Of a stretch of 64,000 bases of DNA, positions 11,677 through 25,700 are shown piece by piece. How positions within the stretch are numbered: position 1 is the stretch's first letter; every line of letters starts with the position of its first letter. The notes beneath the pieces were generated by a model, which searched no databases, was not told the origin of the DNA, and saw only the letters and a program-made list of their open reading frames with translations. Both the position numbers and the translations under genes were made by a program. This DNA comes from Balanoglossus misakiensis (taxonomy: Eukaryota; Animalia; Hemichordata): assembly GCA_040954595.2 (NCBI GenBank), contig CM082578.2, forward strand, positions 14,104,304 through 14,168,303. The letters are read 5' to 3'.

Positions 11677-14600
11677 GACGCTTTTATGGAGAGGAAACGT
11701 GTTACAGTTGCTTTCTGTTTGCGATAAGTTTGTCTCGTGGACCACACCACAAACAGTGCTATGTTAAAAGGGCAGCGTTCTGCAGACACAACCCACTCTT
11801 GATAACTGTTAAGTGGATCTTGTGGGTGGGTAACAATGTCACAATTGCACGCTTGTATTACATCGACTGGGCATGCACTCATGCGGGTAGCGGTTTTACG
11901 CCTTCCATCTGGTCTTCACTCCAGCGAAGAGGGACTTCAACAATTCGTTTGCAACAGTTATGTCGAAAACGCAGCATACTGTACCCGTGTCTCTCAAATC
12001 CTGCACATGCGCAGATAAGTAATATACGCGGGCACGTTCATATCCTCCTGGTGAACGAGAGAAACATTAAAATATTGCAATCTCTGCTGAACGTGCAATG
12101 ACCGCTCGTATCATTTCAACAGCTCGAGGAACTAATAAAACAGACGGAACATTTCTTTTAGGGGAATTTTTCCGATAACGGTGACATTCAATTAAGATAC
12201 GCACTGTTGTAATTAAAATAACTTCTCCAGGCGAAAAACACAGCGTTGCTTCAATTCTTTTTACCTCGTCAATGTTCCTTGTTAAAAATAACTTTAAAAA
12301 ATCCGGGCATGCTATGGAAATGTGCTGAACAAAATATGATATCGGTCATTGCCCATATGTCATAGTGATATCGACTTTTCTTCTCCTCTATCAGTAGATC
12401 CGCCAATTGAAGCTTGACTTGACAAAGTTGTATTCGCCGTCATATTCGACCTTTGAGTTCGGACGCAAGCAAAATTATTTCCGATCCGAGTTCTCACCTT
12501 ATGTTAATCGCGTCTTGATTTCCACACTCTGGTCTCTGTTACGTCATAAACTGAGCAGTCTCTCCTGTTAATAAATCGGACACAATAGAAGGTTACAGAT
12601 TTCACCGTTAAAAACAGGGGCACTTTAATTCGAATTCGCCTCTGTGGAGCACCAAATGTGAGAATTGACTTCAATCTTTTCATTCAAAATAGTAAATCAC
12701 CAGTCACACAGTCCCTGTACCCTCCCACATGACCACTAAAACCCTGTTAGATCATTTGCATAAATTTAGTGGAGATCCGATGGGATTTCAGGAAACGAGT
12801 ACACAACGAACTTTATCGAACGGATGCTCTACGCTTACTATAATCTTTATCTTTCATACTTTTCTCATACATTGAAGTTTCCATGATGGATCGGAGGGGA
12901 TTTTAATTTTAAAAGACCGAATTTCTTTTCGTTTTGGGCCTATGAGATAATCTAAAATCGCACCTCCGGCTTTACGTAAATTATTTAATGTTAATCTCTG
13001 ACATGGTTATAAAGAGGTTTATGCTGAGCGACCACTTATGTCAAACGTAACCAGAACCACAGATGACATTTTGTTGGTCGAGGAAGAGAATATTCAAGAT
13101 GTATCCGTATTTGGAGTCATTGTCGCATTGGCGTAATTTTGGTCGCAAATGGACTCGGAGAAACTTTTCTGCACAAGTTAAGACTTGGCGGCCAACTCTG
13201 CTAGACATTCTGTCTCGCACGCCCGGTTGTCAGTCTGTTTAGACCTACATTTTTTAGATAGACTACGATGGCGGAGATGCATCCGATATCCGGGTTCACA
13301 ACGTGTTTAATTTATCCGTGTAGTCTGTCACCGTTGAAGGGTTCACAGCCTACGCATAATACAAAAGTGAGGAAAATCTTAATTTTATAAATATTTATTC
13401 GCTTTTATCACTCTGGCAGTAAATGTCAGTACGCCTCCGTATGTGTGAATAGTGTAGGTGTAAAATTTTCCCATTAAAACGAGTCACAGACAACGATAAT
13501 GTATTTTTTATCTTTGTTCAGAAACGATGGACGCTGACGAAATACGATAGCATTTCAGACTCTTTCATCGACGGAATAAGGCACTATAACTAGATCACTG
13601 TATACGTAGTTGTTAAAATTACGCTTTAAGTATAATTGTGAGATGCGTTTGCAATATGTTGTCATTTGCGCGACAACAATGCCAAAATCTTTGCGGCAAG
13701 CCTGTAGCCTTGATGAACACGTCCATTAATTGAAAATCACGCGAAGAGTGTTTCTTAGTTTTGGTGACAACGTAACGTTGCACCATCACCAGCTGCAGTT
13801 AAATTTCATTGCTTATCAACCTGAAGATACAGCGTAATGAAAAATCTTATATCGAGGTGTCTGTAGCCGTGACGTTTGACGTTCCAAATTTAATGTTTGC
13901 AAATTTCCCCTTTTCTTGAGGAAATGCCCGTGCTTACTCAGGGGAAACGCGACTGGGAGATTACTCTCAACATTGTGACAGGTTAAATTGCTTGAAGGAT
14001 GTCTTTTAGAGGCAACCCCGTGTGATTAGGTCGTTTTATATTTGTTAAAGACAAAAACTCTGCATCTAATGAGGTTGTTTAAAATGAAACTCGCCCAGGA
14101 GTGCTTTCCTTGCAAGGTGTGGTAGCTTTAAACAGTTTCGATCTCAAGCGCCCTTGCTTCCGAAAAAAATCTAAAAATTCGTCCCCAGGAGTGCTGCAAG
14201 TCTTCACGCTAGGCTAACCTACTTCTCGTATTCACTGCTGTCAGCCCTGTAAATCATCGAAACTGAAACCGTACAATAATTAAGTAAATATATAAAACAT
14301 GAACCCCTAAGTGATACAAGTGAACAAGTGATATCGGTAAATACCAACCGGAAATTAGGAAGTTGGGAGTACACACATATAATTGCAGGCTCCTTGTATT
14401 TCTTAATCAGTGACCTTTCAATGTCAAATTAACGGCTTCTGTTGATAGGTGATGGCGAAATGATTGTCATGGCTAATCCGATAACAATTTAACTGACCTT
14501 GACGGATGAGCTGTTTTTAAAGTTGTTTGTAAATTAGGTTAATGGACAACACATGTTCGTCGGAGATGGGAAATTGCTGTTGAATCGAAAAACACGTAAA

Positions 14601-16743
14601 TTGGACTCTTCCATCATCGCAAGTACATTTGCGACATAGTTTGACACTAGTACAATTTACTAACCAAATTAAGACAAAATCACAGCGAGACTTTGTCGGG
14701 GGGGGGGGGGTAATGTACCCTGAAGGATGGGGTTGGGTTGTAAAGCTTGTTTGGGAAACAAATTATTGTGCAGAAAAGAACTCATACACAATGGATTATG
14801 TTTAAACTAGTCTGTAATTTACACAAAAAAACACTTTTGAAATTCTTCTCTAAGTACTAAATATAATAATGCAGGTGACGACAGGTTTTGCACATGAAGA
14901 ACAACTCACAACAAAATCAGTGTCCACAGTCCCCAAACGAAGAACGACGGAGCAAGTGCTGGAAAGCATGGCGAATTCCTGTGACTGGAACACCGCTACT
15001 TGCTTGAAGACTATACGTAGATGGCAGACTAGCTGGCAGTGAATGAGTAGACAGTGCAGACGTACACGTGGATAGGTGACAGGAGCTCGCAAACGATGAC
15101 TGGTAGGCTGACAGGTACAACGGATGAACACGTCAAACAAACACGGACACGGACGGTAATGGCGACTCCGCACACTGGAGTAGCAAGTATTGACCAGAAG
15201 AACACTTTTGGAGAATGGAGCTTCCGGACCCTGAAGCGTCGGTCTTTTATGTGTCCGGTTCCGCGTTCCATCTGTCTCAACCGTGACCTCAAATCTGATT
15301 GGTGTAATCGATGACAACCAACAGATGCATCACTTGTAGTATGCAAAATACCTCCCAATGTCAAACTGTATCTACAACATGCAAATTCACTGAACTGGCA
15401 AACACGTCTGTCGTCACCTACGCAATTCAAAATTCAAATACGTCACAGGTACAGACCAGTGATCCCCAAATGTAAATCATATATTGACAATGGGCATGGA
15501 CCTACTATGTTGGTGTACTCCCTGATAAAGTTCACTACTCAGATAAATACACAGTCATTATGACCGTTTTTCGTGTATGGAATTGACATTCTAACTGAAC
15601 ATGATTTCTTTATGAATACAATGAATCGGTTATGTAAAAGTAAGAGTCACTGAGTTAGAAAAGAAATGAGACTTCGTATTGACACACAAAGACATCTTCA
15701 AAATTATCGAATTAAGTAGCACACTTTGTAAATTGCACGTACAGCAATAACGGTTGGCAACCTAAATAAAACGGTTTGATTCGCATTTATTGTCCAAACT
15801 TGGATAGATAGACAACTGGCGATCTGTTGATACGTAATCAAATCCTTCAACTTATTACATCTAGGTAGTTCATCGACTGACAGATATGGCACTTACTTTA
15901 CTCTAGACACTAAGGATGTGATTCCACCAAATCCAGATAAATTATTTTATATATATAAATTGATATTTACAGAGAATGGAAAAAAAACTGCTTGAAAATT
16001 CTGCTTCATGACGTTAGAAGAATCAAATTCACGAGACTAGCATCGAGAAAATAATAGTCTAAAGACTTGCATCTTTGCTTAGAGATAATTGTATTAGAAT
16101 TTGGTAAGAATGTATAGTTTTAAACTATGTTTCCTTGGATATTTAAATAAAGATTGGTGTATTTGACAAAGTATACGGAAAATATAGTGCCCACAAAAAT
16201 GAAAAGGGGTAACTGTGTGTGCTTTTTAAAAGTTATGTTAAAATAATACCATGAACATGGGGAAGTTATAAACTCGTGACATCCTACCATGCTAACCAAG
16301 TGTTCAATGCTGGCATTATATACAAATTAAACCCGCTGAGATCACATGCAATGAGCAACAACATAATTTGTGTCGGTGAACACTAATACCACAAGTTGAC
16401 ACAATTTCACCAAATGCTAGACCAATGTCTCACTGGCCGTTCCATTACAGACAACGAAAGATCTGAGTGTTTCTATGAAGACTTAGTCTAGTTCGGAAGG
16501 TGTTAGTTTTGGCAATTTCGATAGTGAGAATATCACACCTGAACGCATGATTATGAAATAGTCATTGGAATCATTCAATCCCCAGCTTCTGGGTCCGTGA
16601 AGGTTCTAATTTGAATTTTATATATTGAAGTGCTCAGACGATGGTGCTGTGCCGACCCAAACATTTTTCTCTTTCTTCAGTTGCCTCCTCAGCATATCAT
16701 TCCTCTGAAGTTACCTCTTCAAGTATTACATGTACCAGGGCAA

Positions 16744-19700
16744 CTAGGGTGTACCCGATGCCGTTGTCATGTCTGTAGTTAAATAAATGAAGTACTTTAA
16801 AACCAATGACAGACACATAATTGTCGCCTAAACTGTGTACAAGATGGTTTGGAAACGGCAGAGTATTTGTTCGGAGCCCCCCCCCCCGAAAGAAAGCACA
16901 ACAATAAAAACTATTTTACATTGATCAGAAATTTCAAAGTTAAAGACGGCAGTCCATACATAAAAAGCACGTTGGATCGATTACAAAATACTCTGAAAAT
17001 TGGAACATACAAGGTATGTTCACTTCCATAGTTTACTGATTTGGTACTTTGATGGCGCTGTCATGTCGAAAACATCGACTGATGTGAATTGGTTTATTCT
17101 AAAGTCCATTTTCTGCATGTAGCTGTTGTATGTGTTACAAATTCGACAAGAACAAAAGTACATTACCAGTGGTGGTGCCGCCCGTGGGTTCCGTGCTGGT
17201 ACTCACAGTGGCTGGGGATATACAGAAACAATATTTCGAAAATGTGAAACGTAAAATGACAGTTGGCCAATTATACTTCGTTGAAAGCCTTCATACATTA
17301 AAAAAACTTATATCTTGCTGTGGTTAGCTAGCTTTGTTATGTTGTTGTTTCAAACAAGAACAAAGCAACTAAGCTTCAAATGCTTTTTTTAAGATTTTCG
17401 AGTGCAATTAAATTGGAGAGCTTATGTTCTTACCTTCCGTTTCGGTCGTTTGTGTTTGTGTTTGTTCGTCTGTTATGGAAGGCACTGATGTCGTGGCAGA
17501 TGTTGTCGTGGGGCCAATTGTTGTTGGTGGTGGTTCGGTTGGCGTGGCTGCTCACAGAAAACAAAAATGATTCCGAAATATAAAATTCCACTAGGGATAT
17601 AATACAACAATTACAGTAGGTTTAAAGCTTCCACACAGAATAAAACTCGAAACTTGGTGGTGTCTTTAAACCAACTAAGATTCTGTTATCATTTTCGAGT
17701 GCAATTAAGTTGGATCTGAACACTTACTTTCCTCCAAAGCGATGCTGTCTGGATCAACGTCGATCGGATAAGTTTCGTTTTCATTGCCGAGACTGTCAAC
17801 CAGTATGGTTTCTAAATCACTGGACGAATACTCATCGTCTGATTCCCAGAATGTCAAGTTATAATCACACAATACACTACCGTTCCTGTAGAGTACAAAT
17901 GACAACATTCCAAATCACGAATATTAATAAGTAAGCTTATATAACAGCGGATTTAGCTTACACAAAGTGAAATCTCTTTTGCGAAAAAACTATTTTCAAT
18001 TAAAGTTAAACACAAGTTCATGGTTTCGGATAAAATCATTGAAATTATTGCCACCCAAAACCTCTCCCAAACTGAACTACTAGTAATGTATCACCATAGC
18101 GAGGGTAAGGCGTGAGTCTTAAACACTGACCTGTATCCAATGACCTGAGAACCATTGTAGATGTGTGAGTATTCGCTGTCCATGTAAATTGCGTCAAGCT
18201 ACAAAAGTTAAAAAAAAAGAATGTTCATGAATCTGAGATATTGTCTCAATGTTTGTTAAATCTACTAAGAAATGTAAGGTTTAATTTCTCCTTGACGTAT
18301 CTGGAAAATTCATCTCAGTTTTAAGTGAAAAAAAACCCTCATGCATTACCCCTTTACCGTCGAGATTGCAGTTTCAATGCAGCTTCTCAATCGACACTAA
18401 CCCTGTCCAGAATACCCCCCCCCCCCAAGGGTTCATCGATGTTCATAATACAGAGCCGTTTCTGCTCTGTCCTTTGTTGAATACGTGTGTGTCTCTGTTG
18501 TGATGACAAAATGTTTGTATTTTTTCCATTGCTATTCCTAGATGATTTGTATTTGGTTCTTTGCCAACACAAGTGAGGAATTCAACGAAGTCCAGAGGAT
18601 AATAGGACCACGTGGTCCTTCCGGTAGCATGTTTTCGATCAAATACACCAATAACCTGTTTTACACCTGGCATTTGCCCATTTAAAGTGCAATATAATGT
18701 TGTAGAATACCCCTGCATTACAATCCTTCCCTTCCTTGCTCCACCTTGTTTGGGGTATTGTTTTCACTTACTGTGTCGGTGACGTTCCTCGTCAAATCAT
18801 TGTAAAGCTGTGAATCTGGATCATTTAAGTCATCATGCCAATCCGATGACGTAATATTCATCGAGCCATCAAAAGTTCTTTGCGAGAGCGTGCTTACTTG
18901 TGTCGACGTGGGTTCGGTACTAACTGGAAGAGCTGAGGACGAAAAGGGAATGACGATGCAATGAGTCAGACCAGAAAATTCTTTCAACTGGTGTTTACAT
19001 GTCAGTCTAACCTTGCAGAAATTCAATGTGAGTACACAATATGGTGGCACTGAAGTTCACATGGCGATTTTGGTCAAATTTCACAACTACAGACATGCAG
19101 GTCTGTCTGTCTCATGCTAACAACTATAATAGGAAATTCGTCTTGCTGACAAATGAAACCAACAATTACTCTTTTCATCAAATTTTGACCTGTAAAAGCG
19201 ACGGTTTCATTGTTTCTTTATTAGAGCCTTGTGCCCACATGTTATTATACCGCCTGGGTATTAAGGAAAATAAAAAATACCAAACGTCAGCACTTCATAA
19301 ACATGATAAATGACAAGCACAATTAACCATTATGTTTAACAGACGGAACTAAGGGTACTCATCATTTTACTATAGAGAAAGTTAAGAAAAGATCTACAGG
19401 ATGCAATGTGTTTCTTTAATATAGCATATTATTACTTTGAGCTGTTTCCTCTTTGGCGTGCGACGAATGTCATGCATTTGGAACGATGTATTTATCAATC
19501 TTGCCTTGACACTGACAAGTGTATACTAGACGTGTTTTGCTTTAACACGTGGTCTAGACTGAAATAAGCCAACATCCGCTCGTAAGTTATCAAAAAGAGA
19601 GCTCTGTTCTTACCTTGCGGATCGGTCGTTTGTGATTGTTCGGCTGTTGTTGCACTTGCTGTACTCGGCGCTTCAGTTGTGGTAACAGCAGCTTCTGGCG

Positions 19701-22700
19701 TTGATGTTAACGTAGTTGAAACAGACGTTGCTGGTGCAGTTGTTGCACTGTCAGTTGCTATACCTGGCGATGCAGTTGTTGTAGCAACAGCTTCTGGCGT
19801 CGATGTTACCGCAGTTGAAACAGGAGTTGTTGGTGCAGTTGTTGCACTGTCAGTTGCTATACCTGGCAATGCAGTTGTTGTAGCAACAGCTTCTGGCGTC
19901 GATGTTACTGCAGTTGAAACAGGAGTTGCTGGTGCAGTTGTTGCACTGTCAGTTGCTATACCTGGCGATGCAGTTGTTGTAACAACAGCTTCTGGCGTCG
20001 ATGTTACTGCAGTTGAAACAGGAGTTGCTGGTGCAGTTGTTGCACTGTCAGTTGCTATACCTGGCGATGCAGTTGTTGTAGCAACAGCTTCTGGCGTCGA
20101 TGTTACTGCAGTTGAAACAGGAGTTGCTGGTGCAGTTGTTGCACTGTCAGTTGCTATACCTGGCAATGCAGTTGTGGTAACAACAGCTTCTGGCGTCGAT
20201 GTTATCGTAGTTGAAACAGGAGTTCCTGGTGCAGTTGTTGCACTGTCAGTTGCTATACCTGGCGATGCAGTTGTTGTAGCAACAGCTTCTGGCGTCGATG
20301 TTACTGCAGTTGAAACAGGAGTTCCTGGTGCAGTTGTTGCACTGTCAGTTGCTATACCTGGCGATACAGTTGTTGTAGCAACAGCTTCTGGCGTGGATGT
20401 TACTGCAGTTGAAACAGGAGTTGCTGGTGCAGTTGTTGCACTGTCAGTTGCTATACCTGGCGATGCAGTTGTTGTAGCAACAGCTTCTGGCGTCGATGTT
20501 ACTGCAGTTGAAACAGGAGTTGCTGGTGCAGTTGTTGCACTGTCAGTTGCTATACCTGGCGATGCAGTTGTGGTAACAACAGCTTCTGGCGTCGATGTTA
20601 TCGTAGTTAAAACAGTTCCCTCTTGTTGTGTTGTCCTTCCAGCAGTTGTAGTTTCTTCTGTGGATGGCACAGAAGTCGTGGCAGTTGTTGTCGTGGGACC
20701 AATTGTTGTTGGTGGTTCGGTTGGCGTGGCTGATCACAGAAAACAAAAATGATTCCGATATATAAAATTCCACTAGGGATATAATACAACAATTACAGTA
20801 GGTTTAAAGCTTTCACACAGAATAAAACTCGAAACTTGGTGGTGTCTTTAAACCAACTAAGATTTTGTTATCATTTTCGAGTGCAATTAAGTTGGATCTG
20901 AACACTTACTTTCCTCCAAGGCGATGCTCTCTGTATCAACGTCTATCGGATAAGTTTCGTTTTCATTGCCGAGACTGTCAACCAGTATGTCTTCTAAATC
21001 ACTGGACGAATACTCATCGTCTGATTCCCAGAATGTCAAGTTATAATCACACAATACACTACCTTCCCTGTAGAGTACAAATGACAACATTTCAAATCAC
21101 GAATATTAATAAGTAAGCTTATATAACAGTAGATTTAGCTTACACAAAGTGAAATCTCTTTTGCGAAAAAATTATTTTCAATTAAAATTAAACACAAGTT
21201 CATGGTTTCGGATAAATGCCACTCAAAACCTCTACCAAACTGAACTACTTGTAGTTTATCACCTCAGGTTGAATGCACTGCATTGCCAGGATAAGGCGCG
21301 AGTCTTAAACACTGACCTGTATCTAATGACCTGAGAACCATTGTAGATGTCTGCGTATTCGCTGTCCATGTAAATTGCGTCAAGCTACAAATGTTAAAAA
21401 AGGAAATAAAATTTCATTAATTTGAGATTTTGTCTCAATATTTGTTAAATCTACTAAGACAGGTAAGATTGTATTTCTCCTTGACGTATCTGGAAATCTG
21501 TCTTTTTGAAACAAATTTGCATTTTCTGTATATGTTGTTGCCATGATGGTTTGTCATTGTTTTGTGCCAACATAACACAATTTAGAAATTCCAAAGAAAT
21601 CCAGAGAATAATATGACCACGTGTTCCTTCTGGGAGCATGTTGTTGGTCAAATTAACTGAGGTTTCCCGTGACTTGTTTTACACCTGGCATTTGTCGATT
21701 TAAAGTGCAATATAATGTTGTAGAATACCTCTGCATTACATTCCCTCCCTACCATGTTCCACCTTGTTTGGGGTATTGTTTTCACTTACTGTGTCGGTGA
21801 CGTCTCTTGTCAAATCCTTGTAAAGCTGTGAATCTGGATCAGTTAAAGCTTCATCCCAAACCGATGACGTAATATTCATCGAGCCATCAAAAGTTCTTTG
21901 CGAGGTCGTGCTTGCTTGTGTCGACGTAGCTTCGGTACTAACTGGAAGAGCTGAGGACGAAAAGGGAATGTCGAAGCAATGAGTCGGACCAAGTTCCCGA
22001 AGACAGTATATGCTAACGCACTTCTCGCGTCACCAGTTAGGCCTACATCAGTTCAGTAATTGAACAGCCATTTTCAGATTTCTATGTACGTTGTAGGTGC
22101 TTTGTAAAAATGTTAATTTTAAATATTATCATGTATTTTTTGCATCTTGACACACAACTCAGTGTTTCGGGGAATACTATGCCTAATGGGAAATCATCTG
22201 AACTAGACATCAATACATTATTTCAATGCAATAAAGTTGACGCGACCGGCAAATTGGCCCACTTGGTAAGTAAACCTGAAATGATGACCCAATCGGAAGT
22301 GATGAACGAAAAACATTTCAGGGAGACAGCTTTGCATGGTTGACAGCGCCTATAATAATTATGATATATACAGAAAAGCCACCTGTGTTGTACCCTATCA
22401 CAATGCCACTTGTTGCCCGGAATGACGTGCGCACCACCGTTCGTGCAAGTCTTAGGGCGCCATCAATGGTAGAGCTCGAGCTTACCTGTTGTTTGTTGGG
22501 GTGTCGTACTGTTGCTTGAAGATGAATCAGCTGGAAGAACTGGAAAAAAAATGAGTTCATTAAATAAAGTCCCAGTCGAATATTTTTCTTTCTTTCTAAG
22601 GCGTGATTCAACTGTATCAAAACATTTCGCCTATTGAGTTGCTATAGGCAGATTTACAGAATTACCAGTAACGTTGTCTATCCACATACCTTATCTATCC

Positions 22701-25700
22701 AAACTCATTTCATTTTTGCATTAGTAATGGCAACACGAAGAAACGTGCCAAATGGATAAATCGTTTCTCAGTGATACATTCCGAAACATGCAGTATATTG
22801 GATACTCACGTAAAACACAAGGAATGGCGACGATTAGACCCACGGCTAATACACACGCTATCACAATCCATATGATGGCCATTCGTTTGCTTTGACTACG
22901 AAAAGCGTCCGTGTCTTGATCTTTTTTCCACTCATTTAATTCCGTGAGAGAGGTCCAACCAGCTCCATCGTATACTTTTATATCTTCATCTAAGCCCTTG
23001 GTGTGTAAAGGATCGTTGTCTTCTATGTCGATTTCAACCGAGTTTTCGTCATTGAGGTAAGACGGGTTTTGATACCATACACCACTAAGTTTACTTCTGC
23101 CATCCTTAATCTTCAGTTCTTCCTGGTAAACGGGAAATAAAAGCGCAACAAAATTAAGCATTTTCATAGTAACATGTGGAAAGGTGGAGATACTGCGATC
23201 ATTTAAACACATTTTTGTACTATGAAATTATTTTTGAGTGAGATATAATGATACATAGCAACGGTGCACAAAATTCGAATTTCAGTAAAACTAATCAAGA
23301 AGTGCATGCCAGGATCATACAAGTCAAAGAAAACCATTATCAAATTCAATATCATTGGGTCTTGTCAGGCCAGGTGAAATGACTGGTCAATGATAGGACT
23401 ATACAGCGCCCTCGTTCGGGCAATACGATTATTTAACTAAACGAAAGAAGGCACAGAAATATTGATAGACGAATGGTTAATGTGCTTGGCTTTGCACCGC
23501 ACACTTCTCCTATAAAACTCTGACTCGACCGTAAGTACGACATAACCCATGAACCTTGTCATATTAGAGGTTCAATATTAAACTACATTTGCCGCTTTCT
23601 TTTCAAAATTCAATTTGCTTTACTTTATGGGTGATTTTCTGTTTGTCTATGTGTGGAGTGACCGTGCTACCAATGTTCAAAACCTTGACCGGGTTACTGT
23701 TTAACATTATAATTTCGCGGACACCCCCTCCCGCCCCTGACATTGTGATGAAGGCCTATAGTTGGGACATGGCAAACCACAGCAGAAACAGTAGAACTTT
23801 ACTCTCAGCGCTACATGTACCGAGGGGCTTATGGCTGGGGATCTGTAGAGTGTAGTTCGACAAACTTTCCAACACATGATCACGTCACGGTTATTAACAT
23901 TTTTCCTCGTTCGCAGTTAGACAATGGCACGCCTGTCAAAACGTTTGCTGGAATGACGCATCGATCAGACCGTAGAAACTGATAAAATTCCTGACAATCT
24001 TCATAAGTCATTGTGTGCAGACAGCCCTTGGTGGCCAAAGTTTTGGCACTTATAAATCATCTCACCTTAACAATGTGAAACACGATAGAAACAGAAATGC
24101 ATACGATGAAAACTGTTGCCATGGATGTGGAAGAATTAATGCGATCGGTTTTGATAACAATGACACGTTTTATGCAGCAACAGATAAAGCTCTAGTCTTT
24201 GATCTTAAACATACTTTGCGACACGAGTTTGGTTGACATGTATCTACAGCGAACGCACAAACTTACCCATATGGCCTGTTACCAGCAAGTATCGCCAATC
24301 TGGTGACAGATATGCTGACATTGACTTTTAAGTGGCCGTGGGTGCGGGGAGGGCTTTCACAACTAAGGGTACACGTATACGCTTAATTAACTCTTAGTAG
24401 AAATTTGGGGATTTGGTACAGAAATAAATAATATACTGGCCACGTTTTCATTTAACTCTGGAAACCGTTTGATGCGCCGTGTCGCCTGAAAGAACGAGCA
24501 CGCTCACTTGAAACATAAAATGTCATTTCTCTGTTCTGACCCTGATGTTCTGTCCCAGCAGCGTGCGGTAGTTTCTGCTCTTAGCAACCACAGACAACAT
24601 ACCCGCACATTCTTTTGTAGGCAACAGGTTTGACTAATTTAAAATCGAACTGAAATAAGTGGGGTGACTGAAAGTTTTTTTTTTAAAAACTTATTCATTG
24701 GTGATTTATTTGTGTGTTCATAAAAAGTTGCTTCTTCGGGGATCTGACTCGGTCGGCGGTCTAAAATCAACAGGTGGTCGCTGTGTCTTTTCTGAAAAGG
24801 GGTTCTCTCATTGGTCAATTTCTTGAGAAACAAAGTTTGAAACTGGTGTACAAGCGCATGGATATACTTGACGTATCTTCGAACTACTCTAGGCAATAAA
24901 ATACAGCTGCTCGAGACGAGATTGTTATTGGTGTTAGAACTATGTCGGCATACTTGGCAGGTAGTGCCACGTGTTCTGTAAGAATATCCGGCAGGTCAGC
25001 AAGTTACCGCGTGACCGGTGAGAATACACCACAAGCAGTATAATGCCATATCCGTCAAGACTGACCCAATCGCGTCTTAATGTACTATGACCCAGCGAAG
25101 CAATAGACCGCACCTAAACGCTGCCACGCACCTTTCTCGTGACAGCGGTTCGTCGTGTAACTTCTCGGAAGACAAGTTGAACTTGATTATTTGCGTTTTA
25201 GGTGCACGAGACCTTGAGAAACTCATGCAGTGTAATCCACGTGTTGTGAAACAATATTGATATTCCGTGGTAGATCTGATTTTCATTGGAAACAGAATAG
25301 CTTAAAATTAGTAATCAATTTTCCCAATCGTCATTCAGTTGTTTGCAGAATAATTGATCCGGGTGTTACTCTCGTAAAAAGCGGAACTTCTGTTGTAATT
25401 TATTTGTTTTAGTTATAATACGGATATTAATTCCGAGAATGAAGACGTAAATCTGATAGCTCGGTGTGTGGTATAGATAATAATACTATAATCTACCTTT
25501 GTAGGTTGGAATGAGGAAATGAAAGCGCGTGACCAATGGTCAGAAAGGCGTATCCCTCTATTCAGTTATTAGCGGGTATACCCTTTCACGGTAAACATGA
25601 TTAAGTATTACCCTTTTACGGGAACAACGATGCTGGCGGAAACGAAACCGAATAAAGAGGCATCGCATATCGTTCCCGAGGGGAAAAAAATATTTTTTTT

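Noticed and set aside
11535-12101. 188-aa plus-strand ORF
   Set aside because: No recognisable domain or supporting exons; it overlaps a probable minus-strand promoter.
19675-20620. Regular repeat array as CRISPR
   Set aside because: No unique spacers, the array is in-frame coding, and the context is eukaryotic.
19679-20752. 357-aa Val/Ala-rich plus-strand ORF
   Set aside because: Antisense shadow of the mucin VNTR; a stop-free 99-bp unit keeps both strands open, and all splice signals support the minus strand.
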